64,000 nucleotides of DNA from contig NC_043011.1 in the NCBI RefSeq assembly GCF_006345805.1, forward strand, positions 59,284,464 through 59,348,463, given 5' to 3'. The notes beneath the pieces were generated by a model, which was not told where the DNA came from, made no database searches, and was given only the letters and a program-made list of their open reading frames with translations. Source of the stretch: Octopus sinensis. Its lineage: Eukaryota. Both the position numbers and the translations under genes were made by a program. Shown here in pieces: positions 1 through 12,099 of this stretch; the first letter of the stretch is position 1; each line of letters opens with the position of its first letter.

Positions 1-213
1 CAGGTATTTTGGGAGCCCTTTATTCAACTATTTTGTTATATAAATGTTTTGTGATTTTCAACTATTACATCTACACGTTTTCGCTGTGGACATAATATAG
101 CAGAATGATGAAAACGTTTAATTCGTTGCTTCTACGAGGCCAAGAATTCAGTCCCAATGCGTGGAAACTTGCAGAAATCTCGTTTCTTGTGGCATGAGAA
201 TAAACCTTATGCT

Positions 214-610
214 GGTTTCAAATTTTGAGACAAGGCAATCATGTACGGGGCTGGGGATTAATCAATTATATCGATCCTAATACTCATATGGTATCTATTT
301 TATCAATCGCAAAATGTTGAAAGGCAAAGTCGACCTCGGAGGAATTTGAACTAATAATGTAAAGATGAATGAAATGCTTATTTCTTTATTACCCACAAGG
401 GGCTAAACATAGAGGAGAAAAACAAGGACAGACAAACGGATTAAATCGATTATATCGATCCCAGTGCGTAACTGGTACTTAATTTATCGACCCCGAAAGG
501 ATGAAAGGCAAAGTCGATCTCGGCGGAATTTGAACTCACAACGTAACGGCAGACGAAATGCCGTTAGCATTTGGCCCGGCGTGCTAACGATTCTGCCATC
601 CCGCCGCCTG
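214..610 (-). mobile_element. tRNA-derived SINE family A (Nin/Deu-domain-like core), two tandem units
   Basis: Reverse complement shows A-box-like head (GGCAGAATCGTTAG), B-box (GAGTTCAAATTCC) and core GTCGACTTTGCCTTTCATCCTTTCGGGGTCGATAAATTAAGTACC shared with many copies in the window. Confidence 0.85.
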
Positions 611-1138
611 AAAGATCGACAGAATCACATATTACGGGTGAGACTGGATAGACAAAATTTAACTAGAAACCCATTGGGCTGATTATACCTGTAATTAAAA
701 AGGTACAGCCTTACCTCCAATACAACATGAGAATAACGTTAAAGGTTGCCCATGACCTTTGGAATACTTGGCCTATTATACATTATTTCAAGAGCAGGTA
801 ATTAAATTGATCAAACTACTGAATATGCACCGACGTAGAATAAAACCTCACGCATACTAAGCTTCACATTTTAATACTACATTATCAAATAAAGTCTTCA
901 TGTCATAAATAGAAGAGCTAGAACAAGAATTAAAAGACTTTCAGCTTTATTTGTTCGAGATTGTATAATACTTAGAATATAAAATGAAAATAATAATTCG
1001 TATAAACTGACACCAATGGCCTACATATACACGGATATATACACATATATACAAACATACGTACATATATATACACACACATACACACATACACACATAT
1101 ATATATATGGTGTATATATATATATATTATATATATAT

Positions 1139-1182
<44 letters not shown>

Positions 1183-1689
1183 CATACATACATACAAATA
1201 TATTTGTGTACTTATGTGTGTACATAGCGGGCCATTAGAGCAATTTTATGAACAATTAATTTCTATTTTCATTTGATATTTTCCTGGGTATTTCTTCAAA
1301 ATAAAACTGCAATCTACTTCTCGCTGCATATGTATCTAATGCCATGAAATATGATCAAAATTACAGAATATAACAGAATAGGTTGCCGGCAAGGTTCTGT
1401 TTACAACCAAACTAATTGCGAACACGAATTCCAAATAATTTCATATTCCCTACAGAGATAAAAATTTAAACTCAATCTTGCAGGAGCGAATTCTAATGTA
1501 ATATTAAATTGTACTACTTATACAAAGGAATGCTGAAAATTCCCTGGCTTTGAGTAAAAAGAAAATAGAGGAGAATCATTTAATTATGATTTTATTCAAG
1601 GTATTTCCCTCTCAGAATCACCAACTTATTGCAGCGGTCCTTTACTTTCTCTAAGCCTTGTAAAAGATCTCCGAACGATGGACCTCTAT

Positions 1690-1875
1690 CCAGGCCTTTG
1701 AGTAGTTCTCAGGGAGATTCAGCGTGAGACAGAGTGTGACAAGTCTGGTCCTTTGAATTACGGATATAACTCATTTTTGCCAGATCAGTGCACTAGATCA
1801 ACGTGAAACAAAGTGTCATGCCGGGAATTGAACTTACGATCTTACAATCGTAAACCGAATACGTCTAACCACAAT
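1690..1875 (-). mobile_element. Degenerate OR-type tRNA-SINE
   Basis: Minus strand reads GTGGTTAG...GTTCAATTCCC head followed by body similar to the 18144-18533 element (TTCAAAGG.CC.G.CTTGTCACACTCTG..TCACG.TGAATCTCCC.GAGAACTAC). Confidence 0.6.
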
Positions 1876-2017
1876 GTCACTCATCTAATGTCAAAAATAA
1901 TGATTATGACCATAAATGCTTTAAATTCTGGCACAGGGAAGAGTGGGTACAAACTGATTTTATGGACCCTGAACGAAGGATTCACAAAATCGGTCTCGGA
2001 GGTATTTAGACATCGAA

Positions 2018-2238
2018 AGGAGGCGAGCTGGCAGAAACGTTAACACGCCGGGCGAAATGCGTAGCCGTATTTCGTCTGCCGTTACGTTCTGAGTTCAAAT
2101 TTCTCGAGGTCGAATTTGCCTTTCATCCTTTCGGGGTCGATTAAATAAGTACCAGTTACACACTGGGGCCGATATAATCGACTTGTTTGTCCTTGTTTGT
2201 CCTCTCTGTGTTTAGCACCTTGTCGGTAGTAAAGAAAT
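2018..2238 (+). mobile_element. SINE family A, single unit with 18-bp TSD
   Basis: Full head-core-tail; AGGTATTTAGACATCGAA duplicated at 2000-2017 and 2239-2256. Confidence 0.9.
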
Positions 2239-2649
2239 AGGTATTTAGACATCGAACGTTAAGAGCCGGAATGAATGACGCAAAAACCTTTAGACGATGC
2301 ACTTGCGATTCTTCGAGTTCACCGGCTGATTAGATCTACCACTAACAATAAATGGAATAAATAAGTTTCCTTTATTTTCGGTTTCGTTGAAGACAAGTGT
2401 CAGTTATACTATATAATCCTGGATATTTCTGGAACTTGATACGAATATTCTGTTAAAGAAGCACGAAAAACCACATGTTAATGAGGCAACAGCATTCTAT
2501 TCAATATTTCACTTTTCTTTTATTCATGAAAATATCAAGCAAAGACTCATATAATAATTTCTATAATAAGGGGACGTTTGTATATTACTAACGTTCAACA
2601 TAACCACATTCTCTATACATAGAATGATAGTTAATATATATATATACAC

Positions 2650-2695
<46 letters not shown>

Positions 2696-3111
2696 AAAAC
2701 TTAATTAACGATGGTGTTATTAATTCTATTATTATCCAATGTAACTATTTTAAAAATGATAATAACAGAATCAGTGATACAGGTGATAGCAGGCCCAAAA
2801 ATAGCATTAAATAGCTGAGAAGTTAAAATTAATCAAAGGACATACTAGGTATGTCTACTTGCTTGAAATAACAGTCAAAACGCTTATTAAATCGCCAAAA
2901 ATACACTGATGAAAACTACAGAAATCAAACAAAGGCAAAATCAGGTTAGGACAATCTACTAACCTGCAGTTAAGTATTTGGACTCACGTGGACCGGTTTC
3001 TGCATTAAGTCTGTCCTGAAATCACAACAGCCACCAGTGTAAAATAATCTCGATACAATCTACGAGAAAAATTATTCACCGAAAATTAATTTACGAAGGT
3101 GTCATTAATTT

Positions 3112-3144
<33 letters not shown>

Positions 3145-3170
3145 ACATATATGTATATATATACACATAA

Positions 3171-3280
3171 ACAGGGGTGGGGCAAAGTAGGTATACGGTA
3201 AGTATAACAATGTTATAATATTTAATTCATTAATATTATTAGCGCGTTAAATCTGTTAACCTACGTTTTGATATTTTCAG
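3171..3280. mobile_element. Possible short Tc1/mariner-type MITE remnant
   Basis: CAGGGGTGGGGCAAAGTAGGTATACGG at left; partial inverted match CTGTTAACCTACGTTTTG at ~3252-3270. Confidence 0.35.
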
Positions 3281-3421
3281 TGTCATTAATCATAATAATA
3301 TATTTATCATTACTATGATAATCCTTTTTTTAATCGTAATTGTTAATATTTTTAATAAATAAAAATGAATATTGTACATATTTTCTGTTTTTATATTTAT
3401 ATAACTTATATTTGCTCCAAA

Positions 3422-3470
<49 letters not shown>

Positions 3471-3884
3471 TACATATATATGCACATATATACATATATA
3501 TATATATATACATATACATACATGTAGATATATACATATATATATGCATAAATATATATATATATACACTATATACATATATACATATATATAAATAAAT
3601 AAATATGTATATATATATTTACGTGTGTGTGTGTGTGTGTGAGCTTATCAGCTAGTTACCATGTAATAAACCGGTTAAAGTAAAATTTATTTATTTATAA
3701 ATTTATATTCAAGGCAAGCGATTAAGTACATAGGCGAAGTGACATGCTGAAAGAAGACACCAAATCTCTCTAAGCTACCTTAAAATATCACACTAAACAC
3801 GCACCAAACTGGGGCAAACAAACGAAGTAGATTCATGAAAAGATTAAGTACAAAAGTGCAAACACACACACTTACATACGCATA

Positions 3885-4316
3885 TATTCTTTTCTTTTTT
3901 TACTTGTTTCAGCCATTGGATTGTGCCCATGATGGAGCACCGTCTTTAGTCGAACAAATTGATCACAGGACTTATTCTTTCTAAGCCTCAGACTTATTCT
4001 ATCGATCGGTCTCTTTTGCCGAACCGCTATATTTCGAGGATGTCTAAACACCAGCATCGGTTGTAAAGCGATGACGGTGATGGTGGGAGGGCGGCAAACA
4101 CAGAGAGACAGATACACACACACATAAATATATATACATATATATATATATATGATGGGCTTCTTTTAGTTTCCGTGTACTAAATCCACTCACAAGACTG
4201 TGGTCGACTGGAGGCTATAGTAGAATTCACGTACCTCAAGGTGCCACTCAGTGGGACTGAACCTGCAGCTATGTCTGGAGAAGCAGGCTTCTTCCCACAC
4301 AGCAACTCCTGCGCCT
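3885..4316 (-). mobile_element. tRNA-derived SINE family B with internal microsatellite
   Basis: Minus strand: GGCGCAGGAGTTGCTGTGTGG head, GGTTCAGTCCCAC B-box, internal (TA)n/(TG)n, tail CGATGCTGG..GGTGCTCCATCATGGGCACAATCC..GAAACAAGTAAAA. Confidence 0.85.
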
Positions 4317-4321
4317 ATATA

Positions 4322-4424
<103 letters not shown>

Positions 4425-4430
4425 TATATT

Positions 4431-4464
<34 letters not shown>

Positions 4465-4481
4465 ATATATATATATATATA

Positions 4482-4717
4482 CCGGAGTAAACACATAAAT
4501 GTGAAACAAGGTGGAAAAAAGAGTACTCAAATACCAGTGGTAGAGTAATATGCTTTATTTTAAGCAGCAGAAAATTCAACAAAATCTGTTACTCTGAGTT
4601 TCTCGTTGCCGTTCATCAGACAGTTCTTGCTAGATTCTAGCAAGAACTGTCTGATGAACGGCAACGAGAAACTCAGAGTAACAGATTTTGTTGAATTTTC
4701 TGCTGCTTAAAATAAAG
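4482..4717. mobile_element. Penelope-like pLTR-type element in inverted (fold-back) configuration, flanked by (TA)n
   Basis: Perfect 81-bp inverted arms 4553-4633/4637-4717 plus a 71-bp one-sided extension 4482-4552; carries a hammerhead motif; PLE assignment is by architecture, not by ORF. Confidence 0.65.
4647..4684 (+). ncRNA. Minimal type-I hammerhead ribozyme motif (identical copy on minus strand in left arm)
   Basis: CTGT-CTGATGA-ACG GCAA CGA-GAA-ACTC A GAGT-A|ACAG: stem I CTGT/ACAG, intact core, short stem II, near-palindromic stem III, GUA triplet (cut after 4680). Confidence 0.7.
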
Positions 4718-4787
4718 TATATATATATATATATATATATGATACACACACATGTATGTACATACACACACACACACAAACAAGTAT

Positions 4788-5176
4788 ATTCCTTTCAGCT
4801 CTAAGTACAAGACCCGAAATTTTGGAGTGGAGGCAGTCGATAAGATCGACACCAGTACGCAACTGGTAATTGATTTATCGACCCCCGAAAGGATGAAAGG
4901 TAAAGTTGACCTCGGCGAAATTTGAACTCAGAACGTAGCGGCAGACGAAATACCTATTTATTTACTACTCACAAGGGGCTAAACACAGAGGGGACAGACA
5001 AACGGATTAAGTCGATTATATCGACCCCAGTGTCTTACTGGTACTCTATTTATCGACCCCGAAAGGATGAAAGGCAAAGTCGACCTCGGCGGAATTTGAA
5101 CTCAGAACGTAGCGGCGGACGAAATACTGCTAAGCATTTCGTCCGGCGTGCTAACGTTTCTGCCAGCTCGCTGCCT
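4788..5176 (-). mobile_element. SINE family A, two tandem units
   Basis: Two copies of the family A core on minus strand; terminal tail at 4788-4830. Confidence 0.85.
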
Positions 5177-5700
5177 TACACACAGACACACGCAGACACA
5201 CAAATATTTTATAAAAGAAAGAGTGACAGTGGCTTCAGTTTAATGATACAATGTTTTAGCATAAATTTTCCCATAAAAAACAACCATGAATACAGGTACA
5301 CGTGTGTGCGTTTGTGCGTGCGTATTTGTATGTGCGTGTGTCTGTGTGACCGTGTGTTCACTGAGCTATGCATCAGGTTTGTGTAAGAGGAAGATACTTT
5401 ATTTCTTATACTGTTGTTGTTGTTTTTATTGTTGTATTTCATGTTTGGTCATTAAGGAGTATGGATGACTGGCCAAGTTCAGCTTGAGATTTGTGATCAA
5501 TGGCTTATGAAATGCAAGTCGACTGTGACGAGAATTCGGGCACCTAAGTATATAATAGCACGTTAGGCATTGGACAGAGTGAGAAGTTAATCAGTAGAAG
5601 CACGATGGAGACGTAATAAGAACGATAATAATAACAATAATAACAACAACAACAACAACAACAATAATAATAATAATGTTAATAATAATAATAATAATAA

Positions 5701-6090
5701 TATTCTTTTCTACTCTAGGTAACAAGGCCCGAAATTTTGGGGGAGGGGCCAGTCGATGAGATCGATCCCAGTGCATAACTGGTACTTAATTTATCGACGC
5801 CGAAATGATGAAAGGCAAAGTCGACCTCGGCGGAATTTGAATTCAGAAAGTAAAGACAGACGAAATACCTATTTCTTTATTACCCACAAGGGGCTACACG
5901 CTGAGGGGACAAACAAGGACAGAGAAACGGATTAAGTCGAGTATATCGACCCCAGTGCATAACTGGTACTTAATTTATCGACCCCGACAAGATGAAAGGC
6001 AAAGTCGACCTCGGCGGAATTTGAACTCAGAAAGTAAATACAGACGAAATACTGCTAAGCATTTCGCTAACGCTTCTGCCAGCTCGCGCC
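5701..6090 (-). mobile_element. SINE family A, two tandem units, after (AAT/AAC)n tract
   Basis: Same core twice on minus strand; terminal tail TATTCTTTTCTACTCTAGGTAACAAGGCCCGAAATTTTGGGGGAGGGGCC. Confidence 0.85.
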
Positions 6091-6099
6091 TTAGCAATA

Positions 6100-6885
6100 A
6101 TAACTGCCGACATACTGGAGCACCGCCTTTAGTGGAAGGAATCGACCCCAGGGCTTATTCTTTGTAAGCCTAGTACTTATTCTCTCCGTCTCTTTGCCGA
6201 AGCGCTAGGTTACGCGGATTTAAACACACCAACATCGGTTGTGAAGCGATGTTGGGGGGGACAAACACACAAACACAAATGCAGACACACACACGCACAC
6301 AAACACACACACACACACATATATAAGCCTTCTGAATGGGTTTGATAGACGGAAACTGGAAGAAGCCCGTCGTATATATATACATATACATGGGGGCCTA
6401 ACAAATAATCAAAATCAGTCATGCCCTCAATTCTTTCAGTGAATGTCCCCTGGGGTCTCTCTCTCTCTTTTCTCTTTTTTCTCTTTTTTCTCTTTTTACT
6501 TGTTTCAGTCATTTTGACTGCGGCCATGCTGGAGCACCGCATTTAGTCGAGCAACTCAACCCCCGGGACTTATTTTTTTTAAGCCTAGTACTTATTCTAT
6601 TGGTCTCTTTTGCCGAACCGCTAAGTGACGGGGACGTAAACACACCAGCATCGGTTGTCAAGAAATGCTAGGGAGACAAACACAGACATACACGCACATA
6701 CATATATATATATATACATATATACGACGGGATTCTTTCAGTTTCCGTCTACCAAATCCACTCACAAGGCTTTGGTCGGCCCGAGGCTATAGTAGAAGAC
6801 ACTTGCCCAAAGTGCCACACAGTGGGACTGAACCCGGAACCATGTGGTTTGTAAGCAAGCTACTTACCACACAGCCACTACGCCT
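6100..6885 (-). mobile_element. Cluster of SINE family B copies (partial 6100-6310, plus-strand fragment 6325-6390, full 6470-6885)
   Basis: Family B tail/body/head motifs as at 3885-4316. Confidence 0.8.
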
Positions 6886-7035
6886 AGGAGTCAAGTTTTG
6901 AAATGTTTTGTCTTTTTGAGGTGTAGCCGTACAAAGGAGGAGAAAAGAGTAATGATAACACCATGTTCTCTGGACAGGAAGGTTCTTAGGTTTTGTTGGG
7001 CAACATGGCTGAGAGTCATCTGGCCCCACTCATGT
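6886..7035 (-). mobile_element. Short fragment of the CR1/L2-group LINE seen at 12100-13480
   Basis: GAGGTGTAGCCGTACAAAGGAGGAGAAAAGAGTAATGATAACACCATGTTCTCTGGAC nearly identical to 12630-12690. Confidence 0.75.
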
Positions 7036-8396
7036 AGCTGTTTCTATTGTCCTTCCTTAAGTTTAAAGACAGCGTTATTGAAAAACGTATCTTTAATATA
7101 TCGTGTTGAACATGTCTACCATTTTCTTCAAAGCATTGCTTTTTTTTATTTAAATTAAAATCTTTGTTTTTTTATATGTTGCTTTCATTTAGTGCATATA
7201 TGTGCATGTGAGTGTACGTTGTGTAATTATCTTTGTGTTTGAGTGTGTATTTGAGATATGGTGGTGGAAACAGATGCCTATACCAAATTATGTGTGAGCG
7301 GGAATGTCTCTCAGTATTTCCATTCAAATATTCAACAAAGCAACAACAGGTTTTAGAAATATGATTCTTTTGTTGAAATGCTGAAAACAACGAAACTATG
7401 AAATTTGAATTTCCATTAAATAATAAGCATATTGCGTGAAGAAAAAAAAAGAGAAAAGGTTCCTATAAACAATATTTATTTTATCCGCTCAAATTTTTAA
7501 ATCTACAAATCTAAGATTTTCGAAGTTTAAAAATCATTCAACACGACATAGTTTGAAATATGAATACAAAAAAAGCCAGTTGTATACTTTATTTTATACT
7601 TCATGACAAACACTGTTTGTTGCCTTTCCTGTTTTGTACTGGGCTATGATTAGATAAGAACCCTATACCAATTATTATCAGTTCACCTCGTGTTAACTCG
7701 GAGGTTTAGGGTCTATACTCAATCGAAAACAATTTGTTCATTTAACTATTCGTATGGGAATCAATGATTGTTTGATGTTTAGATCCTCTTTCTGCTATAA
7801 TTACGTTTGTGCTCAATATCCTAAAACTTGTCTACATCGTCATTTGAATCCGATATAAATAAAAGCCCATTGTCCCGCACATAACTTAACTCTAACAAAA
7901 GGTCACTTTGGATAGCCAAGATCTATAGCTACAGTACAACATGATTATTTTAATTAAATAGATTCTTAAAATTGAAAATATCACGACTAGTAATCGTTTG
8001 GTCTTTGGGTATTCGAACAGAGTGAACCTGAAGCTACACAAAAGCGATGACATGAAGCTGTAGGTTTCGTTATAACCCGACGCTTTACAAGATTTCATCC
8101 AGTTTGCCAATGTACAACCGTTTTAAGCATTACTTTGTGGCATGATGTATTCCAGTAGCCTCTAGAAACTCTGAATATCTGAATGCTAGCTAACAACATA
8201 TATGGTTGAACAGATTCAACCGCAGCATATTTCCTCAAATTATTTACTGTATGCAATAACGATGAATATTTAACTGCAGCATATCTCTCAACCTTAAGAG
8301 AGAAAACAAAAGGAAGACTATCCTTGGTCCTTTATAACCCTTTAATAGTAAGTCGGAAACTTTCCCCAATCCCTCTCACTCTGAATCATTTATTAA

Positions 8397-9550
8397 CACT
8401 AGAAAGACCAGAGTTTCCACCTATCTTTAAGGACCAGAACGCGTCAATTGACGCAAAACTGTTTTTCAGTTTGAAAGCGGGAGAAAAAAGAATAGGCGAA
8501 GTAGAAAACCTTTATTAAATCTATGAATCTATTGAATTTTATGCCTTCACGATCATATTAATCGCAATAGTTTGATATTTTCAAAAGAAATTTAATCTAA
8601 CGAAATAAAAAGTAATTTATTGAAATTCTAAACATTCATTGCAGAGTTTAAGCGCACAGAGGTCTTGTACAGATTCCATATATTTCCGTGGTTCTCTTTC
8701 AGCATTTTGTTCTCACACTTGTACATCTGACATTATTTCTAGAGGTATATGTTTCTTCAGTTGGGCGTTTGATACTACATGAACGTCGGTGAGGTGAATC
8801 ATCACAAAGTTCTTCAGAAACCTTTTGAATATATTCCCCTCGACTATTGACTGAGTTGTAAACACTTATGTGTATTCCCGAGACGTTTATAAGAGCAACA
8901 TCCAAAATATTTTCACAAAGTGCATTAGCAATCGTCTACTGCTTGCTTTGACTGAAGAAAGCCTTGCCAGTTACATCTACACCTACCTCATTTTTGTGAT
9001 AAAAATGTATTGTGTCACGCTTCTTCTTGGGGTTATATTCAAAAGGAACTTCTTCATGTTGATGTGAGATGCTCAAAACAAAAATAGACATTTTGTTTTG
9101 TTTTTTTGCATTGGTACGATGAGTGACATTTGGTTTCCCTGTGGCTTTCAAAACCACAATTTCATGGACAGGTTTCAACTGTTTTACAGCTTCTGGTAAT
9201 TCTCTTCTCCTCTGAGGAATTATTCCCACTAAACTGCAGTTTTGATTTGCGAGCTGTAAAGGCTAAGCAATTATTGAATATTTAAAACCTTGTCACATGT
9301 ATTTATAAACAAGAGCAGATGCAAGTTTTGAAAGATTCCAGCGCGCCAATTGACTCTTGTGGTCCCTATAATTAGCATGAGGCTTATTTATTTTACAGAC
9401 AATGCAGACAACCTATAATTTATAGTGTAAATAGGTAGCCTAAAACTATGAAAAGCCAAGCACTACGATGTCAAAATTTACAATAGTTTTTGAATTGTGA
9501 GCAATTAAGATTTCAAAATGCTTCAATTGACGCATTCGGTCTTTTTAGTA
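8397..9550 (-). mobile_element. Internally deleted piggyBac DNA transposon (transposase C-terminal remnant)
   Basis: TTAA at 8393-8396 and 9551-9554; imperfect TIRs CACTAGAAAGACC..GCGTCAATTGACGC / TACTAAAAAGACCGAATGCGTCAATTGAAGC; broken minus-strand frames 9229-8936 (IPQRRRELP..NPKKKRDTIHFYHKNEVGVDV) and 8905-8699 (DVALIN..SRGEYIQKVSEELC..RRSC..C) typical of DDE_Tnp_1_7/PGBD C-termini. Confidence 0.85.
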
Positions 9551-9912
9551 TTAAAACATTTGTAAAAAAAAAGAAAGATGGAAAGAAGCTAACTTGTGAG
9601 TTTCGATGTGGTTGCCCAGTTTATTGAAAATAACAGCTATACCTTCAACTCACTCCAAACTGAGTTGTCAAAAGACGAGCGCATTGAATAGCGTAGCACT
9701 AGATACACTGTACACACAAAAAGGTGGTTTAAATGTGGTAACGACTTTTTTCAACGCCATTCAACTTTTTCGATCAAAACTCGCTTCATTAGCTTCTAGG
9801 CTACAGGGAGATAAAGAAACCAAAATCGATTGTCAAGCGGTGGTGCAGGTAGGCGGCAGACACAAAGAATAAAATATACACTCAAACATATGTATATTAC
9901 ACACACACATAT

Positions 9913-9954
<42 letters not shown>

Positions 9955-9956
<2 letters not shown>

Positions 9957-10120
9957 AGAGTTTACGAAAAAAACAAAAGACGAAGACAGGTGGTGTACAA
10001 AACAAACAGATGTATTAGTATAACGCTCAGGAATAGAAAAGGTCTTTTACGTTTCGAGCCTACGCTCTTCTACAGAAAGGGACACAGAAAAAAAAACAAG
10101 GAGAGAAAAAATTTGTGTAG
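9955..10120 (-). mobile_element. Penelope-like pLTR-type fragment with variant hammerhead motif (10044-10079)
   Basis: Minus strand CTTT-CTGTAGA-A-GAGC GTAG GCTC-GAA-ACGT-A|AAAG; homologous to 56380-56600; abuts (TA)n. Confidence 0.55.
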
Positions 10121-10689
10121 TGGGTAACGATCTATCATGGCGACTGACTTCGGACAGAAGGGTCACACAGGAGAGGGAAATATATCTACAACGGTTTTCA
10201 ATGCAGTTACTGTCCACCGAATTCGTTGACAAGATATTGACTGACCTGGACAACTTGCCACACAGCGGGGACGAAACACGAAACTACGTGACAGCAAAAC
10301 GGGATTCGTAACCACGTTGCCCTGTCTGCGCCTATAATGCTTAATTGCTAAGATGTTTTATCACCTCTGAAATAATGGAAGGTGTAGTTTTATACGAAAG
10401 TAATTGAGCACGAAATATAATGACCCGGATGAATCAACGCTAGTCATTTTATCCGAGGCTTTCATTCTTCTATAAATCTAGCGATTTCAGACTCCTTAAA
10501 CGTTTCTGAAAAATACCAGAGCCATATTTATTTTTTAAAATGTTTCAAATAATATTTTATCTAATGGGCATAGACTGCGACGTCAGATATAAAAAAAAAG
10601 AGACAAATTGTGAAAATGCATACACACACACATACACCCCCACCACCACACATATATAAATATAATATATAAATATATATATAAAAGTG

Positions 10690-10721
<32 letters not shown>

Positions 10722-10770
10722 GTGGGGGGGTGTTATATAAATATATATAAATGTATATATATATATATAC

Positions 10771-10813
<43 letters not shown>

Positions 10814-11032
10814 ATATATATATATTATATTACATATGTATATATATATACATATGTATATATATATATTTATATATATATATATTATATATATATATAC
10901 ATATATATTTATATATATATTTATATATATATATATATACGTGTATGTATATATATACAAACACACAAACAATTACAAAAAAAAACTACTAATAGTGTCA
11001 TGATTTAAGACATACAGAGAGCTAGATATATA

Positions 11033-11104
<72 letters not shown>

Positions 11105-11444
11105 TAAGAGAGAGAGAAGGAGCGAGAGAGAGAGAGGGAGAGCTATTACAATAATTTCTCTGACAGGTTGTGAATAACAAACTAAGAGAAATTGTCTGGT
11201 ATGAAATTGAATCTGTATTCTAGAATCTATATTAAGAATTTTTTCTAAACATCTGTAAATTCACAGGAAGCCTTAAGACTATATTAAGATATATGTACAG
11301 ATTTATTAATTTAAAGAGTGTTTAGTCATTTGTTGAGTTACATTCCTGAAGGGCATAAGAACGCATCCACTCACAGAAAGAGATGCGTGAGTATGTGTGT
11401 GTGTGTGTGTGTGTGTGTCTAAAGGTATGTGAGTGTATATATGT

Positions 11445-11616
11445 GTGTGTTGTAGGGGCGTAATTATAAAAGTATGTATATATATATATATGTGTGTATG
11501 TATGTGCGTGTGTCTGTATGTTTTTGTGTGTTTTTGTATATGTATGTGTGTGCGTGTATGTGTGTATGTGTGTGTTTATGTGTGTAAGTGTGTGTCTGTG
11601 TGTGTCCATGTTTGTG

Positions 11617-11658
<42 letters not shown>

Positions 11659-11847
11659 CGTACGTGTATATATGTGTATATATATATATATGTGTATGTG
11701 TGTGTTGTAGGGGCGTAATTACAAAAGTATATATATGTGTGTGTATGTATGTGCGTGTATCTGTGTGTGTTTGTATATGTATGTGTGTGCGTGTATATGT
11801 GTATGTATGTGTGTTTATATATGTGCGTGTTTCTGTGTTTCTGTGTT

Positions 11848-11912
<65 letters not shown>

Positions 11913-11960
11913 ACATATATGTGTGTGCATATATATATATATATGTGTGTGTGTGTGTAT
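11445..11960. repeat. Tandem duplication of a ~255-bp compound microsatellite unit
   Basis: Anchor TTGTAGGGGCGTAATTA at 11451 and 11706, followed by the same succession of TA/TG blocks. Confidence 0.85.
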
Positions 11961-12099
11961 GCTTCCGTTTAATCAATAGAAAAGAAAGTAACTCCGGGGA
12001 GAAAAGTTTCATACATGCCATTTATTTGATGATATAGAACTAAGATAAAATAAAAATAACTTCGATATATTTCGACAGAAGTTTGGTCCAGACCATGTC

